Positions 1 to 10,376 of a DNA stretch of 64,000 nucleotides are shown here, piece after piece. Source of the stretch: a virus; the IMG/VR virus record IMGVR_UViG_3300036799_000043, positions 1 to 64,000 of that record; one strand, written 5' to 3'. The notes under the pieces were generated by a model that made no database searches, was not told the DNA's origin, and worked only from the letters and a program-made list of their open reading frames with translations. Made by a program: the position numbers and the translations under genes. The stretch's first letter is position 1, and every line of letters begins with the position of its first letter.

Positions 1-11
1 GGTGCATCTGC

Positions 12-3000
12 ATGAGTCGACCACGTTCAATCTACTTTGGTCACATGAAACCAGGCATGACTGGTTCATGGGCACGCGTGCTCGCTGATTCACAGAAGAC
101 CCCATCACTCGGCTCGCTGACGAGCTATTGGCCGGCAACGTTCGCGTCGATACAGACAGCGCTCAACTTTTTCATAACAAATGGCGCTATCCCAATACTC
201 GACTGGAATTCATGTAGTTTCGGTGCACCTGGTGCTGGCTTCGCGAATAAAGCGATTACCGCCGGCCAACAGGACACGTTTCTAAACCCGTGGTTTGCAG
301 CGTGCGCAGCGTGGAATAAGCCGATTTTCATCGTCTTTGACTGCGAGATGAACGGCAATTGGATGGGCTACAGCGACTACGTGACTACGTGGGGTGACAC
401 CACGTTTGGCATGAATAGCGCTGGCTCATTCTCGGCGATGTTTCAACACGTTGTCAATCTGTCGCGTGCAAACAACTGCACGAACATCTCGTGGGTATTC
501 GCACCTAATACTCAATCACCAGATGGCTCAGGCTTCTCGACTTCTGAGACAACGCAACCACTCGCGCAGTTCTGGCCTGCTGGCTACTGGGATGTGTTGT
601 CGTGGGACGGCTTTGATAACGCTGGTTCGCCTTCACGTGTCTCGCACACAATGACGTTCGATCAGTTGAATCGAGGTTTTGCCGGGACTCTTGGCAATAC
701 GCTCGCACATCTGCTCGCGCTCGATCCAAATCAGGGCATTCTCATCAACAGTTTCGGTACTGACACGCGCTTGGGTTCTGATCTGAATCCAAACGCTGCG
801 ACTGCGCCGATCATCGACGGTGTGCATCGTGGTAATTGGTGGCTAGATTGTCTGCTGACGCAGCTACCGAGCAGTGTCTACAACCGAGTTATCGGCTTGC
901 TCGTGTACGACAGCGACAACGCTGCAGCGACAACGCCATTCCCTCTACCGCCTGGCTTCTCGACGACAGACAATGATTGCTGTGTCGGCTCGCCCGATCC
1001 CGCTGCAGTAAGCGGTACGTACGGTGGCCTGCCATACACCGTACAGAACCCTGCTGCAGCGATTGCTGGCTGGCGCCAGGGCATCTCGTCGTCGCTGTAC
1101 TTGCAGGGTGGCAAATTTATCATGCCAGCGAACGGCACGAAGCCCTCTGCATATTACGCGGTGCGCGACACCGATCTGCTGCGCACGAGCATTCTCGCGA
1201 TGTCTGGGCTTACTGGCTTCTGGGAACTCAACGACGCGAGTGGTACGGTACTCGTCGACTCGTCAGGCAACACACGTAACGGCACTGTACCTGTCGGCTC
1301 GACGATCACGCTCAATCAACCGAAGGTTGCACCACAAGGTCCAGCGTCGATTCGCTTCCCTGGCGATGTCACAAACGGTTACGCGAGCGTCGCTGATAAC
1401 TCAGGCTTCTCTGTCACGACGACGAGCAAGCTGACGATTGGCTGCGTCTTCCAGGTCAATACGTTACCGACAGCCGGTACGTTCGGCACGCTCATGTCAA
1501 AGTCGGCGTCGAGTCAGTTGGAATGGGCGCTGCGAGTGACTCCGACTGGTATTGAATGCGTTATGTGGGCCCTAACAGGTGCAACGTATGCGTCTGTTAG
1601 TAGCTCATCGGTTGTTGTGGGGCAGCCGTACATCGTCATGGTTACGATGGACATTACGCAAGCTGGCTCTTTTGCAACGCCATCAGCGCCGAAAATGACG
1701 ATGTACCTCTACGGTGTTGGTACGCCGCATACAAGCAGCGATGTGTCGCCACCTCCCGCTATTGCAGACGGTACAGGGCCACTCAACTTCGGTCGTCGTG
1801 GTGATGTGACTTCACCATTCAACGGCTGGATGCAGTACGCGTTTATCACGAACACCGCACAGTCTGCAGCGACGTGGGCAGAGCTACTACGCGCGTTTGA
1901 TCCCGGCACTGTACTGCCATATCAACTGAATACGTACATCCAGGACATTCTCGCAACACCTGGCCTAATCGATCTGTTTGTGCTCGACGACGCGACTGGT
2001 ACGCAGCGCATACAGAATAACGTGTCAACTGAGCGCTATCTGACGCCGCATGGTTCGATAGCGCTGCAGCAAACAGGCATCATCCCTGCAACTCCTGGAG
2101 TGCAGAGTCTTGCGACTGGCGGTACGGTCGCTGACTATCTCGACGCAGCAGATGTAGTCGACTGGTCAGTTGCAACTACAGGCCAGTTCTCGATCACAGT
2201 TGGATTCTACCCAACGGCTTTTCCTGCTGCGGGTGCGTACGGAACGATTGTTGGCAAGGTCGGTGCTGGTGTTTTTGAGTGGGCGCTGAGACTAGCAAAC
2301 TCGACCGGAATGATCGAGTTTATCGGTTGGGGACCAACTGGCGCGACTTCGTGGTCAGCACAGGTGGGGCCAGCACTACTCAATCAGTGGAACTTCGTCA
2401 CAGCGATATTCAACAACGCTCACGCTGGTTCAGGTGCGACTCCCAGTGACCCTAAAGCACACGTCAGCCACAATGCTCGACTCACAGCTTTTGGTACTGA
2501 CTACGTTGACGTGTCAGTCAACACTGCAGCGCCGCTGAATGTCGGCCGTCGCGGAGACGGCTCTCAGCCGTTCACAGGACGCATCTCGACGCTTGCGCTC
2601 TACAACGTCGAGCTATCACGCGCGACACACGACACGCTGTACTCAGCGTCACTTGCAGGTGCGCCAATCATTGGTACGGACACCGAGACGCTTGTCGCTG
2701 TTGAGACACCAACTGTCGCAGCGATCACAGCAGCCTCGGGGAGCGCTAAGAGCGCTATCTGGTACGTCCAGAATATCGCGTACGAGACTGGCTTCCCGGC
2801 ACTTCAAACAGGCTACTATGGCCAAACTATCGACGGTACGAATGACGTAATTTCACTGTGGGAATCGCGTATGGCTGCTGCAATGGGGGCGCAGTGGATG
2901 CAGAATGCGAAGCGTGTACCAATGCTGGCGTGGGGACAGCAGTGGATGCAGAACAACGCTTATCGCACGTTCGCGCAGATACAGGTGGGACTCGACAACT

Positions 3001-5102
3001 GTCTCAATGCTGGTCGAATGCCGTTTCTGCATTGGGGCCCGTGGCAGACTACGCCGAATCATGCACCCGACTACTCACTGCGATGTGCCGCTATCGCTGC
3101 TGGTAACCACGACACGTTCCTGCATCAGTGGTTCGCAGCGTGCGCAGCGTGGGGCAGACCATTCTTCATGCGCTGGATTCACGAGATCAACGCGAACGGT
3201 GGGTGGAGTGTCGACGACTTCCCGTGGTGCGTTGGCACCGTACAGTCGACAAGCTCACCGACTTCGTGGACGAATACTCCGGCTGATCTCATCAACGCAC
3301 ACCGCAAAGTGCGCTCGATTCAACTGCAAGAGGGCGCTATCAACTGCGCGCTCGCGACGTGCTTCAACATCATGGGTAACAGCGGCGCGACGAGCGTCTA
3401 CCATCTCGCCGATCTCTATCCTGGCTCTGACAATCAAGTCGACATCAACACCGTCGACGGGTACAACCAGTCGAGCCCGATCACGGGCCCAACGTTTCAT
3501 CAGATCCTACGTGGCCCAAGTGCAACACCGTCATACAGCGGTGTGCGCGACACATGGGGCGAGTTACTCGCGCTTGATCCATCAGGTACTTTGCCGTGTG
3601 GTATCGCAGAGACAAACTGCAATCTCTCTGTCGACGACGCGGCACATCACACCGCGCGCGCTACCTGGTATACGAACATGTTTGCGGACTTTGTCGACCC
3701 GGTGAAGTTCCCGCGCGCTGCATTACTCGCGCCGTTCTATTGGGGCGCTGGTTACGATGCGGTCAACCAGATGGCGCCAGACTACGATGGAACGCGCACG
3801 ACAAACTCTGACTATCTCGCGTTCATACGCGGCCTTGGCAGCGCGAAGTACATCAGTTACCCGCACTTCACTCCGCTACCGAATCGAGCGCGGCCGACGA
3901 GCTACGCTGCGAGCACACAAAATACGCCGTTCGAGAACGCAGTGCTCAGTCAGGAAGTCGCCGTCGGAGTATGGAACTTTGATGTTTCTTCTGGTTTGTT
4001 CACTGACGCAACTGGCTTAGGTCGAGCGCTGACAAATACTGGTATGTTGTATCAGCAGTCGCCTGTGGTGCCATCTGAGACGCGTCTGTCTGCTGGCTTC
4101 ACCGGCACGAGCTTCGCTGATGGCGGTGACCTAGACGACTGGAGCTACGTTACAACCGGTCAACTGTGCGTTGTCGCGACCGTGACGTTCCAGTCAGTCC
4201 CAATAGGCTTATGCACGATTGTTGGTAAAGCTGGTAATAGCGCGTTCGAGTGGGAACTGCGCGCGAATGGCTCAGCTATCGAGTTTCTCGCATGGGAGCC
4301 ACTTGGTGGTAATTACGCGAGCGCGTCAGGGCCAATTGGAATCATAGCCGGCGCGCCGATGCTGATCGTTGCGATGATCGACATGGCTGCTACACCGCGC
4401 ATGAAGCTTTACATGGGCGACCCATCAGTCAATGGCTTCCACACATCGACTGACTACACTGGCTCTGTACCAACGAACACAACATCACCATTACGCTTTG
4501 GGCAACGAGCGCTTGGCGATCACGTCATGATTGCTGGTACGCGTATCGGTGTATGCGCGATTTACAAGAACACGATTCCACAAGGTGCTGTCCAAGAATT
4601 GTGGAACACGTTTTCAGCAGGCGCGCAAAAACCCGCTGTTGATACTGGCCGTCTAACAAGCGTCGAGTCGTACAGCATTCTACCAAACTTACTCGTGAGC
4701 CAGTCGGCAGCAATCAACTCTGCTGAGACTGCTGCTGTACCTGGCACGTTCTTCCTGTCAGACACCGACTTGATTGTCAGCACTGGCTTTGATTCGCTGC
4801 AGCAGTCGCAACTACTCGTCACGACTGATACTGGCCACTTTGTTGACACTCAGGGTGCGACACTGCTGCAGCTTGCAGCACCAGTTATCACGAGTGTTGT
4901 TGCGTCTCGCATCTCTGACACGAGCGTCCTGGTGACGTGGAATACTGATAAGCCAGCAACATCTCAGGTCGAGTACGGGCGCACGATTGTGTACGGCACG
5001 CTGACGCCAATAGATCCAACGCTCGTCACCGCACACAGCGTCACGTTGACGAATCTGCAGGAGAACACAACCTACCACTTCCGTGTCAGGAGTGATGGGT
5101 GA
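12..5102 (+). CDS. Large virion/tail protein: GH26-like domain, 2 LamG/ConA-like domains, second GH26-like domain, LamG, C-terminal FN3/purple-acid-phosphatase-N-like Ig domain
   Basis: GH26-type motifs FDCEMNGNW and RWIHEINANGGW, 'WFAACAAW.(K/R)P.F', 'DGYN'; three LamG-like units with (F/L)EW(A/E)LR and GRRGD-like motifs; C-terminal 'VTWNTDKPATSQVEYG...HSVTLTNL...YHFRVRS'. Confidence 0.8.
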   Translation: MSRPRSIYFGHMKPGMTGSWARVLADSQKTPSLGSLTSYWPATFASIQTALNFFITNGAIPILDWNSCSFGAPGAGFANKAITAGQQDTFLNPWFAACAAWNKPIFIVFDCEMNGNWMGYSDYVTTWGDTTFGMNSAGSFSAMFQHVVNLSRANNCTNISWVFAPNTQSPDGSGFSTSETTQPLAQFWPAGYWDVLSWDGFDNAGSPSRVSHTMTFDQLNRGFAGTLGNTLAHLLALDPNQGILINSFGTDTRLGSDLNPNAATAPIIDGVHRGNWWLDCLLTQLPSSVYNRVIGLLVYDSDNAAATTPFPLPPGFSTTDNDCCVGSPDPAAVSGTYGGLPYTVQNPAAAIAGWRQGISSSLYLQGGKFIMPANGTKPSAYYAVRDTDLLRTSILAMSGLTGFWELNDASGTVLVDSSGNTRNGTVPVGSTITLNQPKVAPQGPASIRFPGDVTNGYASVADNSGFSVTTTSKLTIGCVFQVNTLPTAGTFGTLMSKSASSQLEWALRVTPTGIECVMWALTGATYASVSSSSVVVGQPYIVMVTMDITQAGSFATPSAPKMTMYLYGVGTPHTSSDVSPPPAIADGTGPLNFGRRGDVTSPFNGWMQYAFITNTAQSAATWAELLRAFDPGTVLPYQLNTYIQDILATPGLIDLFVLDDATGTQRIQNNVSTERYLTPHGSIALQQTGIIPATPGVQSLATGGTVADYLDAADVVDWSVATTGQFSITVGFYPTAFPAAGAYGTIVGKVGAGVFEWALRLANSTGMIEFIGWGPTGATSWSAQVGPALLNQWNFVTAIFNNAHAGSGATPSDPKAHVSHNARLTAFGTDYVDVSVNTAAPLNVGRRGDGSQPFTGRISTLALYNVELSRATHDTLYSASLAGAPIIGTDTETLVAVETPTVAAITAASGSAKSAIWYVQNIAYETGFPALQTGYYGQTIDGTNDVISLWESRMAAAMGAQWMQNAKRVPMLAWGQQWMQNNAYRTFAQIQVGLDNCLNAGRMPFLHWGPWQTTPNHAPDYSLRCAAIAAGNHDTFLHQWFAACAAWGRPFFMRWIHEINANGGWSVDDFPWCVGTVQSTSSPTSWTNTPADLINAHRKVRSIQLQEGAINCALATCFNIMGNSGATSVYHLADLYPGSDNQVDINTVDGYNQSSPITGPTFHQILRGPSATPSYSGVRDTWGELLALDPSGTLPCGIAETNCNLSVDDAAHHTARATWYTNMFADFVDPVKFPRAALLAPFYWGAGYDAVNQMAPDYDGTRTTNSDYLAFIRGLGSAKYISYPHFTPLPNRARPTSYAASTQNTPFENAVLSQEVAVGVWNFDVSSGLFTDATGLGRALTNTGMLYQQSPVVPSETRLSAGFTGTSFADGGDLDDWSYVTTGQLCVVATVTFQSVPIGLCTIVGKAGNSAFEWELRANGSAIEFLAWEPLGGNYASASGPIGIIAGAPMLIVAMIDMAATPRMKLYMGDPSVNGFHTSTDYTGSVPTNTTSPLRFGQRALGDHVMIAGTRIGVCAIYKNTIPQGAVQELWNTFSAGAQKPAVDTGRLTSVESYSILPNLLVSQSAAINSAETAAVPGTFFLSDTDLIVSTGFDSLQQSQLLVTTDTGHFVDTQGATLLQLAAPVITSVVASRISDTSVLVTWNTDKPATSQVEYGRTIVYGTLTPIDPTLVTAHSVTLTNLQENTTYHFRVRSDG

Positions 5103-5731
5103 GTCTCGCTTTATCGACAGATCAAACCTTCGTAACAACCGGCGTCGTCGATGTCGAGCAGTTTTCGAGTGCTGTCAATGACCGCATCCAGAAACGTTAC
5201 TTGCCGTGGTACTATGCGCCGGGCGCTCGCACGCGTCGACTGTCGCAGGTCGTCGCGCTAGAGATTCAGTCGCTTCGGGATGCGGTGCTCGACGTGACGA
5301 ATCAGACGTACGCTCGCCAGTCCACGTGGACGATGCCTCAGCAAGAGTCCGACTATGGCCTGTCAATAGAGTCTGACACACCAATCGAACAGCGTCAGGA
5401 CCGACTCGTATCTGCAATGCGACAGCTTGGCACCGCAGACCTACAGCGCATCAAGGCGATCTGCGAGAGCTACGTATTCGGCACTGTCGATGTTATCCCA
5501 GACTTTGCCAACTACACGATCATCGTCCAATTCAAAAGCACTCAGGGCATTCCTGCTAACTTGGCAGACTTGCAAGCACAAGTGCGCTCGCGCATACCCC
5601 CGCCTATCGACATACTGTATTGGACGAAGTTCACGCGCTATGGCGAGATCAAAGCGGCGTCTCGAACCTACGGCGACCTCAAGTCATTGGGCTTGACGTA
5701 TGGTGCTATCAAAACGTGGAGGCCATCCTAA
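5099..5731 (+). CDS. Baseplate wedge-type protein (DUF2313/YmfQ-like)
   Basis: 'YLPWYY...STWTMPQQESDYGL...IEQRQDRL...GIPANLADL...RIPP' resembles DUF2313; overlaps the upstream tail gene. Confidence 0.7.
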   Translation: MSLALSTDQTFVTTGVVDVEQFSSAVNDRIQKRYLPWYYAPGARTRRLSQVVALEIQSLRDAVLDVTNQTYARQSTWTMPQQESDYGLSIESDTPIEQRQDRLVSAMRQLGTADLQRIKAICESYVFGTVDVIPDFANYTIIVQFKSTQGIPANLADLQAQVRSRIPPPIDILYWTKFTRYGEIKAASRTYGDLKSLGLTYGAIKTWRPS

Positions 5732-6514
5732 ATGGGAACACGTACGACATACGTAAATCTGTACAAGCCAGCCGACAATGAGGTGTTCGATCAGCAGCTA
5801 AACGACAACGCTGATTACGATCTCATCGACGCGCAAGTACTGCTCGAACACAATCTCATTGTCGGTCACTCGAATGCAGCATCACCGCACTCAGGGCATG
5901 CAGTGCTCATTGGCACGAACATGTTCCAGGGTCAAGAGCAGATTGTGTCGAGTCCAGACGCGCTCGCGCTGCTCGTCGATACGGGCATACTCGTCGCACC
6001 CGGCACACTGACAGGCTCGCGCGCGACGCTGCGAGCGCACAGCTACGACACACAGGACCATCGACGCGACTTTATCTGGCGAGCGCGCGCGACATCAAAC
6101 GCAGGCAACGGCATCCTTGAACTGCTCACGTCACTCGACGGTGCTGCGCCAACTGTATTGTGGTCTGTCAGCCAGTCAGGCGCGCTTGGCGCAGCACCTC
6201 CAGCGGAGCTTGTCTTCGCGAACTCTGTGCTCGTCACGGGTACGAGCGTCGACCTGACGACGCTACCCAACGTCATGTACGTGTTTCCCACTGCAAACGG
6301 ACTGACAATCACACTGCCTGACGCGCGCGTTACGAATAGGCCGATAACTGTCTACGGTCCACCAATCGCTGGTCAGTCAACGACTGTTGCTGCAGTCTTC
6401 GGCAGCGTGTCAGGTGGCTCAGCGAACCTGACGACTGGCGCGATACAGAACGGCACAGTCGTTAGCGGTGACTCGTTCCTGTACAAGTCGAATACTTCAA
6501 ACTGGCTATCCTGA
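5732..6514 (+). CDS. Putative tail fibre-like protein
   Basis: N-terminus 'TTYVNLYKPADNE...LNDNADYDLID' is typical of the fibre anchor after DUF2313 genes; beta-rich C-terminus. Confidence 0.6.
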   Translation: MGTRTTYVNLYKPADNEVFDQQLNDNADYDLIDAQVLLEHNLIVGHSNAASPHSGHAVLIGTNMFQGQEQIVSSPDALALLVDTGILVAPGTLTGSRATLRAHSYDTQDHRRDFIWRARATSNAGNGILELLTSLDGAAPTVLWSVSQSGALGAAPPAELVFANSVLVTGTSVDLTTLPNVMYVFPTANGLTITLPDARVTNRPITVYGPPIAGQSTTVAAVFGSVSGGSANLTTGAIQNGTVVSGDSFLYKSNTSNWLS

Positions 6515-7320
6515 TGTCGAATAACAGCGCGATTGCATTTTGGTCCAGTCAAGCTAACGACAACAGTGCTGGTCAGCAAGACGCGCTCAGCGGCAATCGA
6601 CATCCTGCTGGCTATGCGTCAGCACAGCGCTGGTCTGCGACTGCTGCACAGTGGAACGCTGAGTATCGAACGCAGTACGGCATCGGGCACGACACCGCTG
6701 GTCAGACGCCTAGTGGTCCAGCACCGATTGCGGGCACGACGCACCCGTCGGGTTGGGTGTCAGGCCAGGCTCAGTCTGTCAGCGCGCAGCAGTGGCACGA
6801 TATGTGGGCAGCAGAGTGGGCGAACGCGCGTGACCCGCAAGGCTTCGCATACAGCTACCCGGGGCAAGCTGCATACGCTGTCATGTGGTCACAGTCAGCG
6901 GCGTATTGGCAAGGCCAGTACAACGCTGAGGTAGGTGCGTACACCGCAATCACGCCGAGTGCACTGCATCAGTTGACAGCGGCAGGTGGCTCTGGCATTG
7001 CAATCACGCTCGACAAAACTGGCACGTGGGATATAGCAGTCATCTTGCACGGTGGTTCGGTCACCGGAGGTACTGGCGGTGTTGCGCAGTTCAATCTCAC
7101 TGTTGGCGGCTCTGTAGTCAACTTCACGGAAAGACTCTTTCCTGGTAGCAGTTCGATGGGTACGGGCGACGTACGCTGGGGCTACTTCGCGACTGCGACT
7201 GTCGGTGCTGGTGGCACGATCAACGTGACGAATGACACTGGCTTTGCATGCACGTTCAACCCGAACAATAGCTGGACGATTACTGCAACATTCGTGCCTA
7301 ATCCCACCTATCCGCACTGA
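6514..7320 (+). CDS. Hypothetical virion protein (Trp/Gln/Ala-rich N-half, Gly/Thr-rich beta C-half)
   Basis: Coupled to upstream gene by TGATG overlap; tail module context. Confidence 0.5.
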   Translation: MSNNSAIAFWSSQANDNSAGQQDALSGNRHPAGYASAQRWSATAAQWNAEYRTQYGIGHDTAGQTPSGPAPIAGTTHPSGWVSGQAQSVSAQQWHDMWAAEWANARDPQGFAYSYPGQAAYAVMWSQSAAYWQGQYNAEVGAYTAITPSALHQLTAAGGSGIAITLDKTGTWDIAVILHGGSVTGGTGGVAQFNLTVGGSVVNFTERLFPGSSSMGTGDVRWGYFATATVGAGGTINVTNDTGFACTFNPNNSWTITATFVPNPTYPH

Positions 7321-7629
7321 GTGTATAAAGCGACTATGCAGAAACAGATCGAACTCAACGAGCGACATGCGCGTCAGGCGCTCGAAGCGATCACGCGACA
7401 GGCGACGACTGTCGAGCACGTACGCGCGCAGATGCGTCGACTCGACATGCTCGCGTCAAATGCTCAGCGTCGACTCGACGAGACGCTTGAGGCGATACTC
7501 AGCGCGCATGACTTCGAGATGCCACAACACTACAACGTGCGGCTATCTGGCACGATGCTCGAACTCAACTACGACAGCACTGCAACAGAAGTCGCCGAGA
7601 AGATTCTCGATACAAATGGTGTGCACTGA
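7321..7629 (+). CDS. Hypothetical coiled-coil protein (possible fibre chaperone)
   Basis: Abuts neighbouring genes; helical composition. Confidence 0.5.
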   Translation: MYKATMQKQIELNERHARQALEAITRQATTVEHVRAQMRRLDMLASNAQRRLDETLEAILSAHDFEMPQHYNVRLSGTMLELNYDSTATEVAEKILDTNGVH

Positions 7630-7805
7630 TGCACAATCTCGAACTGCTCGCTCAAGCGGCATACGAAGCGTACCGACAGACAGTCGGCGGCCGCAGCGCG
7701 ATCACCGGCGACGAGCTTCCTACGTGGGCGCAGCAAAGGCCAGACATTCGCGAAGCATGGCGCGCCGCTGCTGATGCGGTGATAATGCTCGCTTCGCAAG
7801 GCTAA
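7629..7805 (+). CDS. Small hypothetical protein (58 aa, MHNLELLAQAAYEAY...)
   Basis: TGATG overlap; 'AAYEAY...LPTW.....REAWRAAA' is a recurrent small phage protein pattern; below the ORF-track cutoff. Confidence 0.6.
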   Translation: MHNLELLAQAAYEAYRQTVGGRSAITGDELPTWAQQRPDIREAWRAAADAVIMLASQG

Positions 7806-7813
7806 ACACTCGC

Positions 7814-8173
7814 GTGACAATCGACCAGCTATGGCAGAACACTCTGCAGTATGGCGCACTGTTCCTGCTATTTGTCGGTGTTATTCTGTTCTATGCTGGC
7901 AAACTTGTCTCGGGTGATCTCGCTACCCGCGCACGCGAGAGTGAAGTCACCTCAATGCAGCAATCCCACAAAGAGTCCATGCAGGCCCTCAAGGATCGCT
8001 ACGATGAGATGCAGTCAACATGGCGCGAACGTTACCTAGAGGTCGTCAGAGATCGCGACTATTTTCGAGCGCTCGCCGGACAATTAGCGAAGCAGTCGCA
8101 GCAAGCAATCAGCGTTCAGGAGTCTGTAGCAATGGGGCAAGCTCCTTTCAGTTCGCCCTTGGACAGTCGCTAG
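7814..8173 (+). CDS. Putative holin-like membrane protein
   Basis: One N-terminal TM helix followed by coiled coil; lies between tail genes and the putative lysin. Confidence 0.5.
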   Translation: MTIDQLWQNTLQYGALFLLFVGVILFYAGKLVSGDLATRARESEVTSMQQSHKESMQALKDRYDEMQSTWRERYLEVVRDRDYFRALAGQLAKQSQQAISVQESVAMGQAPFSSPLDSR

Positions 8174-8436
8174 TGTGGTTGCGCGACTTGTTCAAATGGT
8201 TTATACCAGGTAACTACCTCAACAGGCCGCACAAGATCGACATTGAGCCTATCGAGCTTCCAGTTATAGACGCGCGCGACGGTAAGGCGCCTGATCTACA
8301 CGATGCAGAGCAAGCACATATTGCGAATGAGCGCGAGCACCTGTCGCAGGTCACAGACGACAACGCAGAGCGTATCGCCGCACTCAACGCGCGTGTGAAA
8401 GCAATGTCGCATCGACGCATTCGGGGAGGAACGTAG
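8173..8436 (+). CDS. Hypothetical protein
   Basis: GTG start overlapping upstream TAG; fills the operon. Confidence 0.5.
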   Translation: MWLRDLFKWFIPGNYLNRPHKIDIEPIELPVIDARDGKAPDLHDAEQAHIANEREHLSQVTDDNAERIAALNARVKAMSHRRIRGGT

Positions 8437-9032
8437 TGCTTGGGCAGATCGTCGCGACGCCAGAAACGATGCTCGACATAGCGCTGTTTCTCGCCCTCTT
8501 GATCGCGTTCGCTGTGACTGTAGTTGGCGTGCTCGCTTCTGTCGGTGATCTACTTGCTGCCCTACGCGAGCATATCCCAGACAGTCCAGCGGTCACGGCA
8601 AGCATTGATGGCATAGTTAGCAATACCTATCGCTTCTCGATTCTTATCGCGATGTGTGGCATTGTGCTCGTGCGGCTCTTTGATCGTCAGCTTACCGGCC
8701 TGACATTGTTTTACGCACTCATGTGGACGATTCTCTCGACGTGCGGTGCATCAATCGTTAGCATGGTGCTTCGCGCGCGCACGATCAGACAGGCTGCGGC
8801 GCTGATCGATCCGTGTGCTGACTGCCCATACGCTAACTCGCCATTCAGACACGCGGCAAGGCGCAATCGAGAGCGACGCGGGCAACCGGTTACAACGCCA
8901 AGTGAAGCTCACATTGCAACACCTGCTGGAGACGTGCACGTGACAGTCACACCGCCTGACGCAGGCGTGCAAGTGACTGTTGAGCAACCTACCGAGCACA
9001 CACACGAGCACACACACGAGGAGCACGAGTAA
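8436..9032 (+). CDS. Multi-pass membrane protein with His/Glu-rich tail (lysis cassette)
   Basis: About 3 hydrophobic segments; SD GGAGG; ends EHTHEHTHEEHE. Confidence 0.55.
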   Translation: MLGQIVATPETMLDIALFLALLIAFAVTVVGVLASVGDLLAALREHIPDSPAVTASIDGIVSNTYRFSILIAMCGIVLVRLFDRQLTGLTLFYALMWTILSTCGASIVSMVLRARTIRQAAALIDPCADCPYANSPFRHAARRNRERRGQPVTTPSEAHIATPAGDVHVTVTPPDAGVQVTVEQPTEHTHEHTHEEHE

Positions 9033-10090
9033 TGCGCTGTCTGCAGATATGGCAGTATTCTGGCGCACAAGCTGAGCAGACGCTTGATGCCGCTATCGAC
9101 ACGTGCTTGACGTATGGCTTCGATACGCTGCTCGTCAAGGCGCTCGACGGCACGATGTGGATGGGAGCAGTCGACAGCGGTGCTGATGCGTTGCGAACGC
9201 TCGACGATGTAGCTCTGCAGTCACAGTACGCGAATGCTCGTGGCATACGCTTCGTCTGTTGGACGAACCCGCTGCAAGCAGACATGATGCAACAGGCCGA
9301 CATGTCTGCAGCGATAGCAAACGCGTGTGATGGTGTCGCGTTCGACACTGAGCCATACGCTGGCTTTCTCGGCGCGTACCCGCCAGTCGGGCTGTGCGCG
9401 AGCTTTATGCAGCGTGTGCGCAGTCAAGTCGATCAGTCGAAGATCATTGCGCTACAGCCAGACCCGCGGGAGAACGCGTTGCTTGAGGTGCGTTTCTGGG
9501 ACGAGTGGGCACCAAATGGCGCGACGCACTACATGCCGCAGGACTACGTAACTGACTTCTATTTCAACCCGACAGCCGATCTCATGCGCGCACTGCTCAA
9601 CAGAACCGCAGAGGTTGCGGCGCAGACCGGACTGGTCGCGATGCCCACGCTGCCGGGCAACTGCGGCGATAACGGCTTATTTGCTGCTGACACGCTGCAG
9701 CAGTTCGCAGGCTTCGTCTCGTGGCGCATGGGCACAACACCGCCTGACGCGCTGAGCTTTCTTGGAGGTACTACGTTGTCTCAGCCAACAGAGGATCCGT
9801 GCTCTGATGCAGTGTCGCGCGCTGCCGACCTTGAGGTCTTCGTCGCAGACATCGCTGACCGCGTTGTTGCGCAACGTCTTGGCGCAGAGCTTCAACGACG
9901 TACGAAGTCAGGTGCGCACGCTGCGATCTCGCGCACGCTCGTCGCGAGTGTGATTGCGGAGGCGGAGGCAGAGCGCACTCAAATACTGCACTCACCGCCG
10001 CCTAGTGCATTGCACGCTGGTTCAGACAGTAGACCGCGTTTGCATCCTGGACTGAGCGGGAATATCGCTGAGGGCGCGAATCAGCACTGA
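9032..10090 (+). CDS. Putative endolysin, glycoside-hydrolase TIM-barrel-like
   Basis: 'GFDTLLVKALDG...W', 'DGVAFDTEPY', 'YMPQDY' fit a GH TIM barrel; follows membrane proteins at end of late operon. Confidence 0.5.
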   Translation: MRCLQIWQYSGAQAEQTLDAAIDTCLTYGFDTLLVKALDGTMWMGAVDSGADALRTLDDVALQSQYANARGIRFVCWTNPLQADMMQQADMSAAIANACDGVAFDTEPYAGFLGAYPPVGLCASFMQRVRSQVDQSKIIALQPDPRENALLEVRFWDEWAPNGATHYMPQDYVTDFYFNPTADLMRALLNRTAEVAAQTGLVAMPTLPGNCGDNGLFAADTLQQFAGFVSWRMGTTPPDALSFLGGTTLSQPTEDPCSDAVSRAADLEVFVADIADRVVAQRLGAELQRRTKSGAHAAISRTLVASVIAEAEAERTQILHSPPPSALHAGSDSRPRLHPGLSGNIAEGANQH

Positions 10091-10139
10091 TCTGCTATAC
10101 TGACAGCAGTCAGAGCACATAGCTCGGGCTAGCCCAGTT

Positions 10140-10184
10140 CGCCGCACTTGCTGTATGGCTCTCAGCAAGTGCGGCGTTCTTGTG
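10140..10184. terminator. Intrinsic terminator hairpin between convergent arms
   Basis: cgccgcacttgctg-tatggctct-cagcaagtgcggcg (14-bp stem) followed by ttcttgt. Confidence 0.75.
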
Positions 10185-10376
10185 TCAGCCGTTTGACACG
10201 ATGCGCATCTCGTGTGCGAGATCGGCAAGTATCACAACCCAGCGCGCAATCTGCGCGACTTGCTCGATGTCGAACGAATCATCCTGAATGGCTTGACCCA
10301 TGAGTGAGACTGTGTTGCCGATCTCTTGCGCGCACTGATGCACGAGAGATTGCATGTCGAGCGCTTCACCGTCCAT
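10185..10376 (-). CDS. Hypothetical protein
   Basis: ATG at 10376 overlaps the upstream TAA (TAATG). Confidence 0.5.
   Translation of the reverse strand: MDGEALDMQSLVHQCAQEIGNTVSLMGQAIQDDSFDIEQVAQIARWVVILADLAHEMRIVSNG

Noticed and set aside
8994-9029. gagcacacacac repeat as a regulatory ACACGA cluster
   Set aside because: Lies in coding sequence and is adequately explained by the EHTH peptide repeat
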